From Dipteris shenzhenensis (Eukaryota): a stretch of 64,000 nt of DNA. The position numbers and the translations under genes were made by a program. Location: NCBI GenBank assembly GCA_047967505.1, contig CM106538.1; one strand, given 5' to 3'. Every line of letters begins with the position of its first letter. Positions within the stretch are counted from its first letter, which is position 1. A model generated the notes under the pieces. It had not been told where the DNA came from and made no database searches. It saw only the letters and a list, made by a program, of their open reading frames with translations. Positions 35,798-47,471 of the stretch are shown one piece after another.

Positions 35798-35810
35798 CTC
35801 TCTCTCTCTA
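35040..35810 (+). mobile_element. Second, more decayed ORF1-only element
   Basis: LRQTNKLRGTRIWDSEELT and the same C-terminus PKDSQS* as the first copy. Short 3' UTR, degenerate gtcccat...gacgttag motif, and a (TTTC)n/(TC)n tail. Confidence 0.68.
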
Positions 35811-35845
35811 TTAAAGCAGGCATGCAAATAGAACAATGTACATAC

Positions 35846-35928
35846 CAGGTAAATTCCCTTGTTGTGCCAATCCCTCCACAAGCCTATTATATTCTTGACG
35901 CAATCGATTGGCGTCTGTGGCCTTGAAC
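35846..35928 (-). CDS. XPD: XPD coding exon 2 (83 nt, absent from the ORF track)
   Basis: Manual minus-strand translation: aag|G TTC AAG GCC ACA GAC GCC AAT CGA ... TTA CCT G|gtatg = (K)FKATDANRLRQEYNRLVEGLAQQGNLP(G). This matches the plant XPD segment FKATDAGRLRAEYNRLVEGLA. Its phases (2 in, 1 out) join exons 1 and 3 exactly. Confidence 0.93.
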
Positions 35929-36749
35929 CTTCGCAATCATCCATGCAAGACATAATTTGCTTCAATAAGCCGCACAAACAGCAACATGACATTTTTCACA
36001 TCAGCTTTCTCAAACAAAAGACACTAATTGTTCTTTATTTCCAGCACACCATCTTTTTCCCTTCCATTATTTAAATTTAAACTACTATACATCTCTACAT
36101 TATGTGCAATCTTCCATATTCAGAATTATAGTGAGTGAAAAGACCAAGAGAGGGTTGGGGATGGAAAGAGAGAAAGATCTTCATAATAACACAATTTCAA
36201 GACAAGAAAATACTAAGCAAGCAAGCTAATCCTTCTTGTCATTGGTAAACCCAAGTACAGCCTGTAGTAAGGTTTCAAAAAAATAAAAACCTTTTGGGCA
36301 AAACAAGTAAGAAAGTTGCAAACGAGTGCGCCCGTGTGTGTGTGTGTGTGTGTGTGTGGTTCATATATATATATATATATATATAAATCCTTCAACTAAG
36401 GGTAGTTTTTTTTCCTTCTATTAAGGAAATGATTCCTACAAGTGAGGAAACACTTACTTGTTATTGAAACCTTCAAATAGCTCTTGGTATACTTCCACAT
36501 GAGAAAATTCCAACTATTGAGAGAGTTTCCACCTTGAAATAGGCAAGAATAGCAAGGAGGGTCAGCACCTCCAAAATAACAATATAAGTATAGAGGGAAA
36601 TGGATTTCTCATGACTCCCAACCCCTCCTTCATAATCCCCTACAATTTATAGCTCTCCCTTTCTGGGATAGCTTTTTTTGTAATATAATGAGTCAAAGAT
36701 TCCACAAAAAATGTGTGTGTGTGTGTGTGAGAGAGAAAGAAATAAAGGA

Positions 36750-38575
36750 AGAGGTATTAACGTCTTTCGGAGGCCTCACGCACAATCACAAAAGTAACCC
36801 ATACAAGCCAGTGTCCATAGTTGCACGAAACGCCGTTTCTTGCGGCCAAAAACGCCAACCGTTTCTGAAAATGGCGAAACAGCATTTCTAGCTGCCTTTT
36901 TTTTTGAAATATTTTACATTTTTTTTTTTAATATACTTTTTCTAGGGCTTTTGTAAAACACCCTCCAACCTCTCCATTCTCCTCTACCCTCTCCTACTCT
37001 AGCCTCTCCACTCCCCTACCCTCTCCATTCTCTTACTCTAGCCTCTCCACTCTCTTACGCTCTCCTACTCTAGCCTCTCCACTCTCCTACCCTAGCCTCT
37101 CCATCCTCGTGCTCCTCTCCTCATTCTCTTGCTCTCCCTCCTCTTTCTCCCCATACTCTCCCTCATCCTCCCAAGTCCCCATAGTCTCCCCCCCTCCTCT
37201 GCATACACTTCGTCCTCCACCTCCTCCTCCTGTCCATCCTCCTCCTTGAGTCCTCCTCCTACTACTCCTCATACTCTCCCTCCCCCTTCTCCTCATAAAT
37301 TTATTTTCACATAACTATACCGTATTGTCGTTTCTCATTTCGCCGTTTTGGATCGGCTCGAAACTTCGTTTTTGGCGTTTCTGCCACTTTCGTTTCGGCA
37401 TGCTACTATGCCACTGTCGGCTGAAGCAAAGGGCTTGCTAAGACCTTCGTTGAGTACTGAGCTAAAACAAATACAACAAAAACTAGTACGCAAACTCAAG
37501 GTCAAAATACAAAGCCCGGTTCTACGGTGGCTCTCCTATGAGCTGCAAAAATATATCATCTCTGTATCTGTTGGGTCGTCTCTCTAGGCGTTGGGGGACG
37601 TGGTCTCCGTGATCTCTATATTCGACGGCCCATGTCGATATTGGTCCCTTTGATCGGGTGATCCCCTCCGAATATGGCTGTGATGGGCTGACCCTCCATC
37701 GTGCGTGCCCTAGTCCGTCTTTGCATCTCTGGCTACGTCTCTCCACAACGTCGTCTCATCCTGCCCCACTCAGCCCTTATGTCATCTATCTCCTCCTCCT
37801 CAACTCCGCTCTGTCCAAGGGTAGACTCGAAAGTGTTCAAAATCTGTAGCATTTCCTTGGGCTCAATCTAGCTCGGTCCCACATGCCACTGTCTCCTCCT
37901 GCTCTCTAATGCGGCTCATCAAGGCCTATCTATGTCGTTGCATCTCCATCAAATAGAGACTAATGCAAACCTCATGCTGGAAGTGAATCAGCCATGAGAG
38001 AGGCCCAAACCATGTCCCTCCTAAAATAAGCAATAGTATCGTCCTCATATCTCATCGTAGACAGGGCAAGTACATAGGAAGTGCTCACCTCCTCCAAGGT
38101 GCATTGCCTACAGATCCATTGCTCTCTGGGTGTACCTGTGGCTCTCCCTACCTCAATCCTCAATCGATGGGACAAGACCCACATCTGTCCGATGGCGATC
38201 CTCAATGCGTGAGACTCGTCTATCCTTCAAGTACCGAGGTGTCTGATACCCACTCCATCCATCGATACTCTAAGGAATGATCACGGTAGAATCGGATCTT
38301 GGTGGGGAACTCCTGCCCTCCCCAAAGTCCGCGACGTGTGGATCTGAAGTAGGTCCAACCGTATGACACAGTTGATCTCATCCCGTGGAATCAGGTGGTC
38401 AAGAGCATCTAAGCTGTACTGAAAGGGGGAAGACTGTCCACCCGGATGTCCTAGCTGCGAAACCATTTGGATTTGCATGCGTACCAAGCCATGCTCATTC
38501 CCTCTCAGCTAGGCATATAGACGACTCTAGTGCCAATCTCAACAATCTCCTGTCGGAAGTGCAACGGATCTTGAC
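36750..38575 (-). mobile_element. 5'-truncated, decayed LINE of the same type as 1-4466
   Basis: RIAIGQ..VLSHRLRIEVGR...ICRQC C-terminal region, and a partial terminal motif at 36755-36780. Confidence 0.78.
36816..37410. mobile_element. MITE with 8-bp TSD (hAT-like), inserted in a LINE 3' UTR
   Basis: Termini CATAGTTGCACGAAAC / GTTTCGGCATGCTACTATG are imperfect TIRs. Flanks are CCAGTGTC (36808-36815) and CCACTGTC (37411-37418). Removing it restores similarity to 38695-38760. Confidence 0.8.
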
Positions 38576-38588
38576 AGAAATGGGGGGG

Positions 38589-38590
<2 letters not shown>

Positions 38591-38624
<34 letters not shown>

Positions 38625-39360
38625 TAGATGTATTAACGTCTGCAAGAGGCCTCGCGGGCCTATAAGACAAAGTGCAAAACTAAAAGGTAGCTTATACAAG
38701 CCACTGAGGACTGAAGTAAAGGGTTCACTAAGACCCTTACTGAAAACTGAAAGCTAAAGTGCTAAACTAGTGGACAAAATACTTAGCAAAATAACATAAG
38801 AGTGTCAGGTGCTCACGGCTAGCATTTCTAGTACATGCTCAAGTTCCACATATCCAGGTACCCTAGTGGCTCTCTGATGAGATGTGAGAAGCTCTCGTAC
38901 TGTGTATGTCGAGTTGTCTTGCGACGTGGGGAAGGGCGTGGTCTCCTCGATCTCTCGATCCGGTGGGCTACATCAAGGGTGATGCCTCGTCTTCGGCGGT
39001 CGCCTCTGAGAAGGGCTGAGATCTCGATCGTGCGTGCTCCAGGCTCTCTCCATGTCGCACGTGGAGCGTGTCCCTCGTCTGGCAGCATCATTGGACACTC
39101 CTACTGCTAATTATGATGCTCTCATCTCATCAAGCTCCTCTCCCTCAGCCACACCAACAGCTGACTCAGATGGATAGAAGTCTGTAACAAAAGTATGTGA
39201 TCTGTCAACGATGACCTGTGGCATCAGTCCATGCTGCTCTCTGGTCTGTTGCATCAATGTGTCTCTCTGTTGACGCATCTCAATCAAGTAGAGCCCAACA
39301 TAGACCTGATCGTGAAAATGTATCAGCCGTGTATGAGTGGACCAAAGCAATGCCCCTCCT
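38591..39360 (-). mobile_element. 5'-truncated LINE 3' end bounded by (TC)n on both sides
   Basis: Terminal hairpin at 38631-38668, 3' UTR similar to 37420-37470, and AG runs at 38591-38622 and 39367-39390. Confidence 0.72.
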
Positions 39361-39399
39361 GAGAGTGAGAGAGAGAGAGAGAGAGAGAGAACCTCACGC

Positions 39400-40173
39400 G
39401 CACACAAAACTGGAAAGCAAAGAAAGAGATGAGAGAACTGCAAGTGATCTCAAGACAAAACCCCCGTCCAGTGGGGAAAACCTTGCTGAATAGATAGGCA
39501 ACCGTGCTCCACAATGAGATGCCAAACAATGAGGGAAGGGGGCCTATATATAGCCTGACCCCCCCCCCCTCCCTAGTCGACAATAGCAATAGGCCGCCCC
39601 CTAGCCCTAGGTGGCCGACTCCTGCCCTTAGGTGGGCCGACTTGGCCTGCTCCATGAAGGGGCTGCTGCACAGCCCTATAAAAGGGTTGTAGCCCCTGCC
39701 TCTTGGCCCGACTATCCCCCTACAAGGGCCGACCCCTACAACCCTACCATGGGCCGACCAACAAGCCTACCTCAGGCTATAAAACGATGTTGGTGCCTAG
39801 CAAAACAGCCCTAAAGGTGGCCCCTCCTGGCATCCATAGTGTGCAGCAAGGGAGCTGCCTATGCAGCACATAAGTAGGCCCACCAGGGCGCCGAGCTGCA
39901 AGGGATCTGTGCCATACTAACTGGCACAGATCTTGGCGAAGCCTCCAAGTAGGCTGATCAACCCAGGCACATGCCTGACTCCACTACCAGAACATGGCCC
40001 AGGTATGCATCCATCCCCCCTCCTACTCTACCCTCTTAGGGGGCGGGCACACCCACAACAAAGGCCCTCACTCAACCTAGCCTGCCTCTTACTGGGCGGG
40101 CACACCCACAAGCAAGGCCCTCTCTCTCTACAGTAACATCAGGAGATGTTGAACTCCAACACCCCCTCTCAGC
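39400..40173 (-). mobile_element. Copia-type LTR with PPT, related to the young copia
   Basis: The minus strand reads GCTGAGAGGGGG-TGTTG at 40173-40157, the same PPT/LTR start as 16104-16120. It is similar to 44837-45622 at both ends. Confidence 0.7.
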
Positions 40174-40448
40174 GCCTAGATGGAACACGGGCAACAGGGA
40201 GCTGGGTGTGCCGCTGGAACAACTGGAGGAATCCATTGTGTGATGCTCCATCGCTGAAGACTATCACAAGTACTACCAAAGAAGCCCCCTCTTGGCATGA
40301 ACCGCCTGAGAACGATCACTGGAAACCTAGTATTGTTGCTCCTAGGCCATAGGTGCTAGATAGTCAACTGGTACAACAATCCAATTGATACTACCATCGG
40401 TGCAAGGTATGCTTCCCTGCATGGGCACCTGTATCTCAGAGCTATACA

Positions 40449-41045
40449 GCCCCTTCTGAAGCCCTCTCTCAGGTCCAAACTAATAGAGGCTAGAGTTAGA
40501 GAATGGAGACAATAGGTGAGTGGAGAGGCTAGAGTAGGAGAGTGCAAAGGGTGGAGAAGAATGGAGAGGCTGGAGAGTGTTTTATAAAAGTCCCAAAAAA
40601 AGTATTTAAAAATAAAAAATTAAAAATAAGCAGGCAACCAGAGACACCGTTTCGGTAACGGCTGGCATTTCTGTTTTCGGCCGCAAGAAACGGCATTTGT
40701 GCAACTATGGTATATATCTAGATGAATCCAGGAACATGCCCAAACTCATCCCCTTCTGAAGCCCTCTCTTAGGTTCAAACTAATGGAGGCTAGAGTAAGA
40801 GAATGGAGACGGTAGGGGAGTGGAGAGGCTAGAGTAGGAGAGTGAAGAGGGTAGAGGAGAATGGAGAGGCTGGAGGGTGTTTTAGAAAAGTCCAAATTTT
40901 ATTTTATTTTTTAATATTCAACATTTTTAAACAAAACAGGCAGCCAGAAATGCTGTTCCAAAACGGCTGGCATCTCCATTTCCGTTTTGGCTGCAAGAAA
41001 CGGCGTTTCGTGCTGAATCCAGGAACATGCCCAAACTCATCCTCT
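40449..41045. repeat. Tandem pair (about 300 bp) of partial copies of the 36816-37410 MITE, inverted
   Basis: gaggctagagtaggagag repeats and a TIR end gtgcaactatg at 40709; gaatccaggaacatgcccaaactcatcc occurs twice. Confidence 0.78.
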
Positions 41046-41754
41046 AAATACACAAAATAGTGCAGTTTCAATCTCATGATAGTCACTCATAAGGTTGAAA
41101 CCATAAACTCCATCATGCATAGTAGGGACTAGCTGCTATGACATCCCCACTGACGTCATCAGCACCCAGCAGGTCTATATGTAGTGGATCTTGTCTGACT
41201 CAGTTTGAGGCGCAGTCCCATAATAGGCATTGTGCTGAAATTGAGCTGATGCACTGCTGTTTCAACTTTTCCTGCCTGGCACATTACTTGAGGCACCAAA
41301 ATCTACATGAAATGTCTTATTTTTATCCAACTTTATACAAATCAGAAGAATATCTGCAATTTCAAGACTGATTCAACACGTGAAATTAGTTTCGATTTTC
41401 TAAGCAAATTTCTACGAGTTCAAACTCACATATGTGAATTTACGCCTACAATTAGGGTTCTGACTAGACTGTACGAAGATCGTATGTAATGCTCGAGAAA
41501 GCTAATTTTACCTATATAGGGTATTTGTCTTGAACATCTACATTTCACATCAGCTTTGCAATTGTGCAAAAAAATGATGAGGAATTTGCAAAAACAAAGA
41601 GAAAAGTGCAAAGTATTGAACAACTTTTGTAAGAGCAGAGCTTGGGCGTCCAAGAATCCATGTATACTCCTGTTGGATCCTCCACTCCTAGATCAAATAT
41701 GAATTGCAAATCTGAGATTGTTTCTCAGCTACAATTCCACATCTCCCCACAATT

Positions 41755-41772
41755 GCTTTGATACCATATTAA
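41755..41772 (-). other. tRNA-iMet-type PBS and LTR end of another decayed LTR element
   Basis: The minus strand reads ...TTAATA TGGTATCAAAGC. Confidence 0.55.
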
Positions 41773-43768
41773 GAGAAAGGAAAAATCAGCCCAGATTTCA
41801 TCAAATTCCTCACATTTCAGAGAGGGACTGCATGTACAAATGTGTGAAAGAAACACACAGGACTAGGCTTATGTAGTACAAATTATGGTTTCTGATGTGG
41901 CAATGTCATGTGGCATGCCACAATCTTATTAACCCATTCTGTTCATAATGATGTCAAAATTTAAGACAACCACTAATTCGTCCAACCTTGACACCAAACA
42001 GGTCATTAAATGTGAGTATTCACTCTTATCACTTTTAAAGCCGTCTCTGGCCCTTTCCAGGAATACTTGCTGACCTTGGGAGCTCAAGGCTAGCAACCAT
42101 ATAGGACTATTCGTCATCATGGTAGTATATAGATATTATGTCATCTCCAAATTCCACATGTGGGTTAAGTGCCTTCACACTGCTACCACTCTTTTCTCCA
42201 TATAAGCATTTTGATTACAAGTACAATGAGTGAGTTCCAGCTCCCTCCCCTCAAAAGTGAAGTGAGCATGTTTTTTGTGTGTTCCACTAACCGCACGGAT
42301 ATTTTTTGGCAATGCTCCATTCTATGCTCAAAAATTTACAAAAATCCCCCAATACAATGCAAGTATCCCCGTGGGTCACTCTCATCCTTGGGAAAAACAC
42401 TATGTCATCTACCTATAGCAATAGGAGAAGAATATGACCAACGATTTGGATCTTCATGCCACTGTGTGATTACATCCACTCACCTTGTTCGACTGCAATG
42501 ACAGTACTCATTGACCCAATCATAACCAATATGCAGAAGTCTTCCAAATTTCACCTTCATATAGCCTATAAGTAGCTTCTACTTGTTCTTCAAAAACCTT
42601 TAGCTTTGTCAATATTTCCTATAGCCTCTCTTTACGCACAATGCCATCCTGAAGCCCACAAGCAACAAGGCATGCTTGCGTTGAGGGCCTGTTTGTGATG
42701 GCAATCTAGCTCCATTATCTTCTAACCATTGATTGTTTTGTTCCTCTGTCATAGTTGGCAATTAAACTGCTCATCATGTTTGTGAGTAATATTTGTATTT
42801 CTTACCCCCCTCCTTCAAAAATTGAGGCTATTTCTTTTTTTGTAATTTTCAAATCCTTCTTATGCCTCCTTCGAAACTTAGGCTATTTAATCAGTTTGCA
42901 TTCTTCTCATAAGCTTTCTTCTATTGCTATCTTAGGCTTTAATTCTGAAGGATGCCACAAAGGATGTGATCCTCCCAAGTATGAGTTACTTGGGTCAGCA
43001 AGAGATGTTTCAAATGAAACTGTTCAATAATTAAATTATGAACTATACAAAGCAGTCATTTCCAAGCAACGGCAAGTATCTAGTGACTCTAATAATCCAT
43101 GTGTTCATGGGATCATTGAAGGATAGTGACTACCTGTCATGCATACCTTGATTAGAACATCGTTGCATTCGCTTTGTAGAAGAATAGCACTGCATTTAGA
43201 GTGCATTTTCTCATGATTTCAAATGAATCAAGTACCTTTGACTTAACAGCGGGGTAGACTTTCATAAAACCTCTATTTGGTATGCATATCATATTAGAGG
43301 TTTCAGAGCCACAAATGCCTGGTGTCAGCATGTTAGCCATATCGAATTGAGGCTTCACTTCAGCTCATTATAAAAGCCTGAAAATAACCTAATTTTGTCC
43401 TCCTAACATTTGGATTTTCAGACATTTATCCGTTCCAAACTTCTTGTGATTTTCAGAAAGTCTGAGTGATCCCAACCTAGCAGTGGTATCCGAGCGAGCT
43501 ACTCACACCTGTAACCTTAAGTGGGCTGTCGTCTTGCAACAAGAGCAAGGGCAAAGAATCCCAACTCAGCATTCCTGTGAGGCAAGGGCATACCCTGCCC
43601 GCCACCATTTCTCAGCTCTTTGAGCAGTTTCGTTGCAAGAAATCACTTAAGCCCCACGACACGCACTACAAGGAAAAGAGCTGCAGCAAATTACATCAAA
43701 TTTGAGGTACATCAAATATGAGGTGTTTGTGTGGCTGTAGGCTGCAAAAGACAAACGAATAGCAAAAG

Positions 43769-44797
43769 TAGGTCAGTCTCTCAAGCCTTAGATCAGTCCT
43801 TGGTCACTGGTACCCACTGGAGAACTCAGTAGGTTAGTGTTTCCATCTTAGGGTTTAGCTAGGTCTAGGTATCAGCCTAGGGTAGAAGGGCCCCCAAGAG
43901 CTGGACCAAGAGAAGAGGAACAGGAGCAGCCAAGATAGGAGGCCCAAAGGGCCCCCTGAGGCAGCTCCACATCAAGGGAAAAGGGCTGGGGGAAGGCACC
44001 TTTTATAGGCTGCCTTCTGCCCCTCCCTAGGCAGCCTGAAGGGCTGGTTTTGAGGGCCAACCAGCCAATTGGCTGGTCGGCTATTTAGGCTGGTGGGCCA
44101 GCCAACCAACCCCCTCCAGCCCCCTATTTAAAGGGGGGCTGGCAGCCTCATTTCTCAACCAGCTCCCCTCCCTCTCTAGCCCCGGAGCAGCCTCTAGCCC
44201 CTCCAAAGTTCCCTGCAGGACAGCAGCATACTCAGCAGTCCCTTTGGTGATTCCAGGAGGGTCTCTAGGCAGCACCATAGCCAGGGCTCAGAGTAGAGGT
44301 TTGGGGTTCTGTTTCAGCAGCTTTCCTTTTCCCATTTTCAGCTCTTTCTTAGCTCTTTCTCAGCTCTCTTTAGCTCCACATCTCTCAGCTTCCACAGTTT
44401 TCTCAAGCTCCATACTCTCAGATTCTGTCCTCCCTTCGCGCCTCACTCACGCAACTCTGCTACATGCCCGGGGACAGCACAAACCTCTCTGATAGCCTTG
44501 CATAGTGGCCTACATTTACCGTGTGGGCAGCATCAGGCCTTGGTCAAGATTGGGTTGTTTTCTCAGGCATTCGTGGGTCAACTCTCAATGTCGGAGGGTC
44601 ATTCTTGGAGTTGCATTCCATGCTCTCTTAAAGAGTGTCGGTTGTATTTCACGTATAAAGCAAATTCTCCCCTATTTGGGGAAGAAGGCCCTGCCTGAGC
44701 ACTGGATACAGGGACCCAATCTGGTGTAGTCTACATTTCTCTAACCCTAAAACTCTCTCTCTCTTCCTCTCTGTGGTGCATACGCATACGCCTCACA
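43769..44797 (+). mobile_element. Probable solo LTR or other interspersed repeat; its start recurs inverted at about 32890-32993
   Basis: gtaggtcagtctctca.gccttag...tacccactggagaac...gtgtttccatctta is shared with the reverse complement of 32890-32993. The block is GC-rich, has a TATA-like element and ends in CA. No TSD found. Confidence 0.5.
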
Positions 44798-44836
44798 ATA
44801 AGGTTTAAAGAAGGTCTTGCTGCAATTACACGATCA

Positions 44837-45622
44837 TTAATTGTTGCATGTTACATAAGCATAAACCTGCTGCACGAAAATGAGAACTGCAAGTGATCTC
44901 TGGAGAAAACCCGGCTACAACTGGGGAAAACCTCGGAAACAACGGGCTGCTCAAGAGCTCAGAACACACAGCTCAGCAACCAGAAGAACGGGAGCACGAG
45001 GGAGTGGATGAACTGCTCCACTACCCTGCTCCTCAAGTGATGCTGTGGGCTGGCTTTGCGCCTCTGCCAGGCTCCACATGGACTGAACTGTCCCACAAGA
45101 GATGCACAACAGGGCTCGCTCTGCTCCTCTGCCAGGCCCTCCAATGTGTGATGAAATGAGGGCTGAGGGTGGGCCTATAAATAGGCCCCACCCCCTCCCT
45201 AGTCGGCTGCTAGACTAGGGCCAACCCCTGCTGGTAGGTGGGCCGACTGCAGCACCTAGGGCTGGGCACACAGCCCTATATGAAGGGCACACCCCTCTAT
45301 GACTAGGGGGCCTACTCAGCAGGCCCTACCTACCAGGCTGCTACTCCCCTATATAAGGGGCCCACTCCCTCCAGCATACAAAGGGGCTGCCTCTGGCCGA
45401 CATGGCCTGGAGATAGGCCGACCCAGCACCCTATAAGAGGGACTGCTGGGGCCTAGTCTCCTGTCCAAAACACCTGCCAGCCTACGTAGATCTATCCTCA
45501 CGGGGGCAGGCACACCCATAACAAAAGCCCTCTGCCTACCCTAACCTCACACTGGGCGGGCACACCCACAAACAGTGGCCCTCTCTCACTAAAGTGACAT
45601 CAGGAGATGTTCAACTCCAACA
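44837..45622 (-). mobile_element. Solo LTR (copia-type)
   Basis: Starts TGTTGGAGTTGAACATCTCCTGATG on the minus strand, like 40161. It is flanked by GATCA at 44832-44836 and 45623-45627 (candidate TSD). Confidence 0.65.
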
Positions 45623-45657
45623 GATCAAGCTCCCAAACCACTGCATTTTTATTCACT

Positions 45658-46015
45658 TTCCAAAAACAAGGTGAGTTTTATTGAAAAAAAGGTTAGGTTT
45701 ATCGAAGTCGAGCTCATCTTGTGATGTGAATGATCTCTCGGTTCTTGGTCACTAGGGCTACAACAGCCGTTGAGCTTGTTGAGTTTTTTGATGACACCTA
45801 GTCATGCTACATGGCTTTGGCATGTGAGGGAAAGGAAATCGGGGGGAGGTAGTCCAACTTTTATAGCCACTAAAAACTTTTCTAAGGAAGAGAGACTATG
45901 TAGCCACTAATGTTAGCTAAGGTTGCAAAGTAGTGAAGGAACTTGTGAGTGCACAAGGCCCACTTTTCTATAATTTGAGAAATTTTACTACTATTCTGAG
46001 TAGCCCCATCCAAAG
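45658..46015 (-). pseudogene. Diverged tandem duplicate of the XPD exon 1 3' end and intron 1 start
   Basis: LDGATQNSSKISQIIE(K) versus LDGASRNLSKITQTIQ(K). The flanking intron aligns with 46071-46313. Confidence 0.85.
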
Positions 46016-46313
46016 CCATCTCAGCAGAGAGGCAGCAGACTTTATCTTCTTCAGCATCAGGCCTAACGCTTTCAAAAAACAAGGTTAGGTACTATCGAAG
46101 TCGAGCTCCTTTTGTGGCGTGTATGATTTCAAAACTGGTTTCCGATCCTTCCTTCAGCAAAGCTACATGGCTTTGGCAAGCGAGGAAAAGGAAATCAAGA
46201 GTAGCTAGTCCAAATTTTATAGGCACTAAAATTTTTATAAGAAAGAGATACTATGTAACTACTTATGTTAGCTAAGGTTGCAGGAAAGTAATGAAGGAGC
46301 TTGTGAGACTTAC

Positions 46314-47122
46314 TTCTGTATAGTTTGAGTAATTTTGCTTAGATTCCGACTAGCCCCGTCCAAAGTTTGCTGCCGAAGATTAACACTCAAAGCTTCGATG
46401 CAAACATTATCGATATTGTGTGCTTCGTCAAAGACAACAATGCACTCCTTTTGCATCTCTCGTGAAATGATACCCGAAACCTTGGGATCCAGGAGGTATT
46501 GATAATTGTAAACAACCACATTGGCGAACTGTATCATATGCCTCGCAAGAAAGTAAGGACACCAACTCTTCTCTTTACCATAGTTCCTAAGGTCTTGCAG
46601 CGTGTACACCCCAGAGGGGAGGAGAGCATCAGCACCCTTCTTTTCATAAGCTTCGAAGAATGGACACAACTCTATATCCGGATTATCAACTGCCGCTGCT
46701 CTCACCCATGAAGCGGTGAGTTTTCGGCACCCAGCATCAACACTCTCCCTGGAACCTTCCGCACTGACTTTAGGATGAATGCACAGATTTTTACGAGAGC
46801 TCAAGCCAAGGGCGAGGATTTTGGCACCTTTACCAAGTTCCTTTTCTTGGTAAGCCTGAAGGGTCCGAAGCTCATCAAGCACCTTCTCCATCTCGTGCAC
46901 GGTGCGAGTGCAGTAGATCAATTTGCCGGTTGGGTTAGCGAGCTGGTAGCTTGTGATGAGGGAGAGCAAGGTGATGGTCTTACCAGTGCCAGTGGGCATC
47001 TCCAGGAGGCAGTGACCTTTGGCATCGAGGGCACGCTTGAGCTCCAGCATGTACTGATGCTGTTCTGGGTATATGAACTCGTAAGGGAAGTAAACTGTAA
47101 GACCTTCGATCTTGAACTTCAT
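46314..47122 (-). CDS. XPD: XPD/ERCC2 (UVH6/RAD3) TFIIH DNA helicase, coding exon 1
   Basis: ATG at 47122 gives MKFKIEGLTVYFPYEFIYPEQ. It contains Walker A EMPTGTGKT, four Fe-S cysteines (NLCIHP, AGCRKLTAS, ELCPFF, WCPYF) and the DEAH box VFDEAHNIDN. It ends ATA CAG AA|GTAAGT (phase-2 donor at 46313). Confidence 0.96.
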
Positions 47123-47169
47123 GGTGACCCAAACACAAGAATGCCAAACTCTAACTTGCACCAATTTAT

Positions 47170-47267
47170 AGGGGGGGGGGAGAGAGAGACAGAGAGAGGA
47201 TGATGATGATGATGACGACGATGATGATGATGACGATGACTAACGATGATGATGATAAGGGGGGGGG

Positions 47268-47329
<62 letters not shown>

Positions 47330-47432
47330 CGATGACGATGACTACAACGACGACAATGATGATGATAAGGGGGGGGGGAGAGAGAGAGAGAGAGATGATG
47401 ATGACGACAATGACGACCATGATGATGATGAT
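47170..47432. repeat. Compound microsatellite, three units of Gn-(AG)n-(ATG/ACG)n, just upstream of the XPD ATG
   Basis: Read directly; units start near 47171, 47259 and 47369. Confidence 0.95.
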
Positions 47433-47471
47433 TTTTGGCATGGAAAAGACAAATGCCTTAAGAGTTTGTTT

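Noticed and set aside
43340-43385. Acceptor-like ttttcag followed by a short frame on the XPD strand (possible terminal or poison exon)
   Set aside because: No homology support; such motifs arise by chance in a 10-kb intron.
39400-45622. The two related LTRs as the ends of one element
   Set aside because: They differ substantially in the middle, the right copy has its own candidate TSD, and no PBS follows it.
47123-47164. N-terminal extension MVQVRVWHSCVWVT of XPD
   Set aside because: It starts at a non-ATG codon, and homology begins at the ATG at 47122.
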